Origin: Candidatus Krumholzibacteriota bacterium
GTDB lineage: Bacteria > Krumholzibacteriota > Krumholzibacteriia > JAJRXK01
Assembly (NCBI GenBank): GCA_963806035.1
Contig: CAWDWO010000020.1
Location: forward strand, 1 to 64,000
DNA: 64,000 nucleotides
Reading direction: 5' to 3'
This document shows, piece after piece, positions 61,703-64,000 of this stretch (position 1 is the first letter of the stretch; the number at the start of each line of letters is the position of its first letter). A program made the translations under genes and the position numbers. Below the pieces are notes generated by a model. That model saw only the letters and a program-made list of their open reading frames with translations, was not told where the DNA came from and did no database searches.

Positions 61703-61823
61703 ACGATCAAACGATCGTTTCCTCGTGAAAAAGCTGGGCCCCGGAGGCATTCCTCCTTGTCTCAGTCTGGATGGCTGACCACTATAGCTGCGGAAACCCA
61801 TGAACGGTCGATCACTCGATCGA
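61703..61823. promoter_or_regulatory. Two CGATC-N4-GATCG inverted repeats upstream of the cytochrome operon
   Basis: ACGATC-AAAC-GATCGT (61703-61718), overlapping perfect palindrome AAACGATCGTTT (61709-61720), and TCGATC-ACTC-GATCGA (61808-61823). Confidence 0.45.
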
Positions 61824-61848
61824 TCCCCGAGAGGCTGGAGAGATAACG

Positions 61849-62388
61849 ATGCGTAAATTCACCCTGATCCTGAGCTTGGCCGTCCTGGCGCTCTTCACCT
61901 TCAGCACGATGAGCGTGGCGGCCGATCACCAGTATGTCGGAGTGTCCAAGTGCAAGGCGTGCCACGGTACGAAGACCGGAGACCAGTTCAAGATCTGGTC
62001 CGAGAGCGCCCATGCCAACGCCTACACCGTCTTGGCCAGTGACGAAGCCAAGGCAGTGGCGGCCAAACTGAAGCTGGAAGGCGACCCGCAGAAGTTGGAC
62101 GAGTGCCTTTCCTGCCACGTGACCGCGCACGGCGTGGATGCGAAGCTTTTGGCAGAGAGTTACACGGTCGAAGACGGCGTGGGCTGCGAGAGCTGCCACG
62201 GTCCGGGCTCCGACTACCGGAAGTTCTCGGTCATGAAGGACCAAGCGAAGGCAGTGGCCGCGGGAATGCTCATTCCCGATGAGAAGACCTGCATCCAGTG
62301 CCACAACGACAAGAGTCCAACCTACAAGGAATTCGACTTCAAAAAGTTCTACGCCAAGATCGCGCACCCCATTCCCACCGAGGAATAG
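61849..62388 (+). CDS. Periplasmic tetraheme cytochrome c (c554-like family)
   Basis: Signal peptide; YVG..KCKACH, CLSCH, GVGCESCHGPG, CIQCH. Confidence 0.9.
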   Translation: MRKFTLILSLAVLALFTFSTMSVAADHQYVGVSKCKACHGTKTGDQFKIWSESAHANAYTVLASDEAKAVAAKLKLEGDPQKLDECLSCHVTAHGVDAKLLAESYTVEDGVGCESCHGPGSDYRKFSVMKDQAKAVAAGMLIPDEKTCIQCHNDKSPTYKEFDFKKFYAKIAHPIPTEE

Positions 62389-62424
62389 GAGCTTCAGCGC
62401 GGAGGCGTGAAACCAAAATTCGAG

Positions 62425-62452
62425 CGACGCCGGTCTTTTCAGGCCGGCGTCG
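62425..62452 (+). terminator. Intergenic stem-loop after the tetraheme cytochrome
   Basis: CGACGCCGG...CCGGCGTCG perfect 9-bp arms; weak U-tract. Confidence 0.5.
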
Positions 62453-62488
62453 TTCATGTGAGGCTGGAAGATGAGGATGGAGACTGTG

Positions 62489-64000
62489 ATGGATGCGAAT
62501 TTCGAGCGCCCTTCCCGGCGAACCGCACGAAGCTGGACCTACTTCTCGCTGACTCTGCTGGCGCTGAGTCTGTTTTCTCCGCGGCCGGTGGTGGCGAGCA
62601 GCGACGACTGCCTCGGTTGTCACGCGCCCAAGGAGGAAGTGGTCGAGGTCGCGCACCAGGTGGATCCCGCCAAGTGGGCCGCGTCCATTCACGGCCAGGC
62701 GGGGCTGGAATGCACGGACTGCCACGAAGGGAACTTCGACGAGGTTCCGCACGAAGGGGTCGTGGTTCCTCACTGCACGAACTGTCACGAAGAGGCCGGC
62801 GAGCAGTTCAAGTCCAGCGCACACGAGCAAATCGTGCTCAAGGAGGGGGAGAGCTCGCCCTTCGGTGTCAACCCCTGCACGGCTTGTCACGGAGTGCACG
62901 ACGTGCTGCCCCCCGACAATCCGCAGAGCCGGGTCTTCTTCCGCAACATCCCCGCAACCTGCGGCCGCTGTCACGGCGACACCAAGATCATCCAGCTCAC
63001 CGGGGTGAACGCGAATCCACCCGCCCAATATGAAACCAGTGTGCACGGCCTGGATCTGTCGGACCCCGACAAGAAGCCGGCCGTCTGCAGCAGCTGCCAC
63101 GGCTATCACGACATCCGTCTGGCCAAGGATCCCAAGTCGCGCATCAACCCCTTCAACATTCCCTCCACCTGCGGCCAGTGCCACAAGGAAGAGGCGCAGA
63201 CTTATCTGGGTTCGGTGCACGGAGTCGCTTCGCAACGCGGCGTGACTCTGGCTCCAACCTGCACCACCTGTCACGGCATGCACACCATCGCCCCGGTTAC
63301 CCAAGAGGCCGGCGGCAGCAAGACCAGCCGGCGTCTGGTGCGTACGACTTGCCCAGCTTGTCACCAGAGCACGGCGCTGATCAGCCGCTTCAACATCGCG
63401 GCCGCTCGAGTTTCGACCTATGAAGCGAGCTACCACGGCCTCGTATCCCGTCGCGGAGGGACGAACGTCGCCGACTGCGCGAGCTGTCATGGCATCCACA
63501 ACATCTACGACTCCAGCGATCCCCGCTCCACGGTCGCGCCGCAGAACCTGGAAGCGACCTGCGGGAAATGCCACCCCGGTGCCGGAGAGAAGTTCGTCAA
63601 GCAACCCGTTCATCTCCTGGAATCCAAGACGAGTGCGAAAGCGACCAACATCACCATTTGGGTCAAGCGCGTGTACTGGGTGCTGCTCATCGGCGTTTTG
63701 GGCGGCATGTTGCTGCACAACGCGATCATTCTCTTCTTCTACATCCGCAAGAACTGGCGCAAGCAGAAGGGCGAGGAGAATCGCCGGCGCTTCAACCGCA
63801 GCGAAATCTGGCAGCACTCGCTCTTCTTGATCTCCTTCGTGCTTCTGGCTCTCTCCGGATTCATGCTGGCCTATCCCGACCACTGGTGGGCACGTGTCAT
63901 GACCACGCTCGGAGTGGACGAGACTGCGCGACGAGCGATTCATCGCGTCAGCGCGGTGGTGATGGTGACGGTGAGCCTGTATCACATCTACTGGATCTGC
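62489..64000 (+). CDS. Multiheme cytochrome c (11 CxxCH seen) fused to an FdnI-like cytochrome b (partial, runs off right edge)
   Basis: Hand translation from ATG 62489: signal peptide; CLGCH, CTDCH, CTNCH, CTACH, CGRCH, CSSCH, CGQCH, CTTCH, CPACH, CASCH, CGKCH; TM helix; RRFNRSEIWQH..LALSGF..RAIHR. Not in the ORF track. Confidence 0.88.
   Translation, partial: MDANFERPSRRTARSWTYFSLTLLALSLFSPRPVVASSDDCLGCHAPKEEVVEVAHQVDPAKWAASIHGQAGLECTDCHEGNFDEVPHEGVVVPHCTNCHEEAGEQFKSSAHEQIVLKEGESSPFGVNPCTACHGVHDVLPPDNPQSRVFFRNIPATCGRCHGDTKIIQLTGVNANPPAQYETSVHGLDLSDPDKKPAVCSSCHGYHDIRLAKDPKSRINPFNIPSTCGQCHKEEAQTYLGSVHGVASQRGVTLAPTCTTCHGMHTIAPVTQEAGGSKTSRRLVRTTCPACHQSTALISRFNIAAARVSTYEASYHGLVSRRGGTNVADCASCHGIHNIYDSSDPRSTVAPQNLEATCGKCHPGAGEKFVKQPVHLLESKTSAKATNITIWVKRVYWVLLIGVLGGMLLHNAIILFFYIRKNWRKQKGEENRRRFNRSEIWQHSLFLISFVLLALSGFMLAYPDHWWARVMTTLGVDETARRAIHRVSAVVMVTVSLYHIYWIC

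Overview
High-GC (~65% by eye), gene-dense bacterial chromosomal window. It probably comes from an FCB-superphylum candidate lineage (Krumholzibacteriota/Latescibacterota/Eisenbacteria-like); this is inferred from two exported enzymes carrying 'NxPNPFNP' FlgD-Ig tails and a short region-1.1-less sigma70. Metabolic content: the start of a ygfK-ygeW-ygeY-like purine/nucleobase catabolism operon; lutABC; futalosine-type menaquinone genes (mqnA, an MqnE/MqnC-like protein lacking the radical-SAM cysteines, a UbiA-type prenyltransferase, ubiX, menG/ubiE); a hemE-hemG-hemC-hemB-hemL operon; a CoA-transferase-GNAT fusion; PFOR plus a DHOD-like flavoprotein; and a VOR-type 2-oxoacid:ferredoxin oxidoreductase. 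Respiratory content: a Rieske/cytochrome b/nonaheme complex and a tetraheme plus 11-heme/cytochrome b operon running off the right edge. Envelope content: an uncharacterised cluster (Cys-rich exported protein, 2-3 outer-membrane barrels, two paralogous lipoproteins) and GT-C glycosyltransferases. Regulatory and other content: an M16 peptidase, a sigma70, an NtrC-type activator with a PAS kinase, and a divergent orphan hypF. Main novel signals: (1) a GACA-N3-TGTC palindrome recurring in three intergenic regions (sigma70, PFOR/activator, VOR), suggesting a regulon; (2) three apparent pseudo-enzymes (Cys-less MqnE-like, Cys-less DHOD-like, motif-eroded HypF); (3) the envelope paralogue cluster. 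Five single-base frameshifts at short G/C runs look like long-read errors. No rRNA, tRNA, CRISPR array or mobile element was seen. All calls are from motif recognition by eye; no database searches were run.
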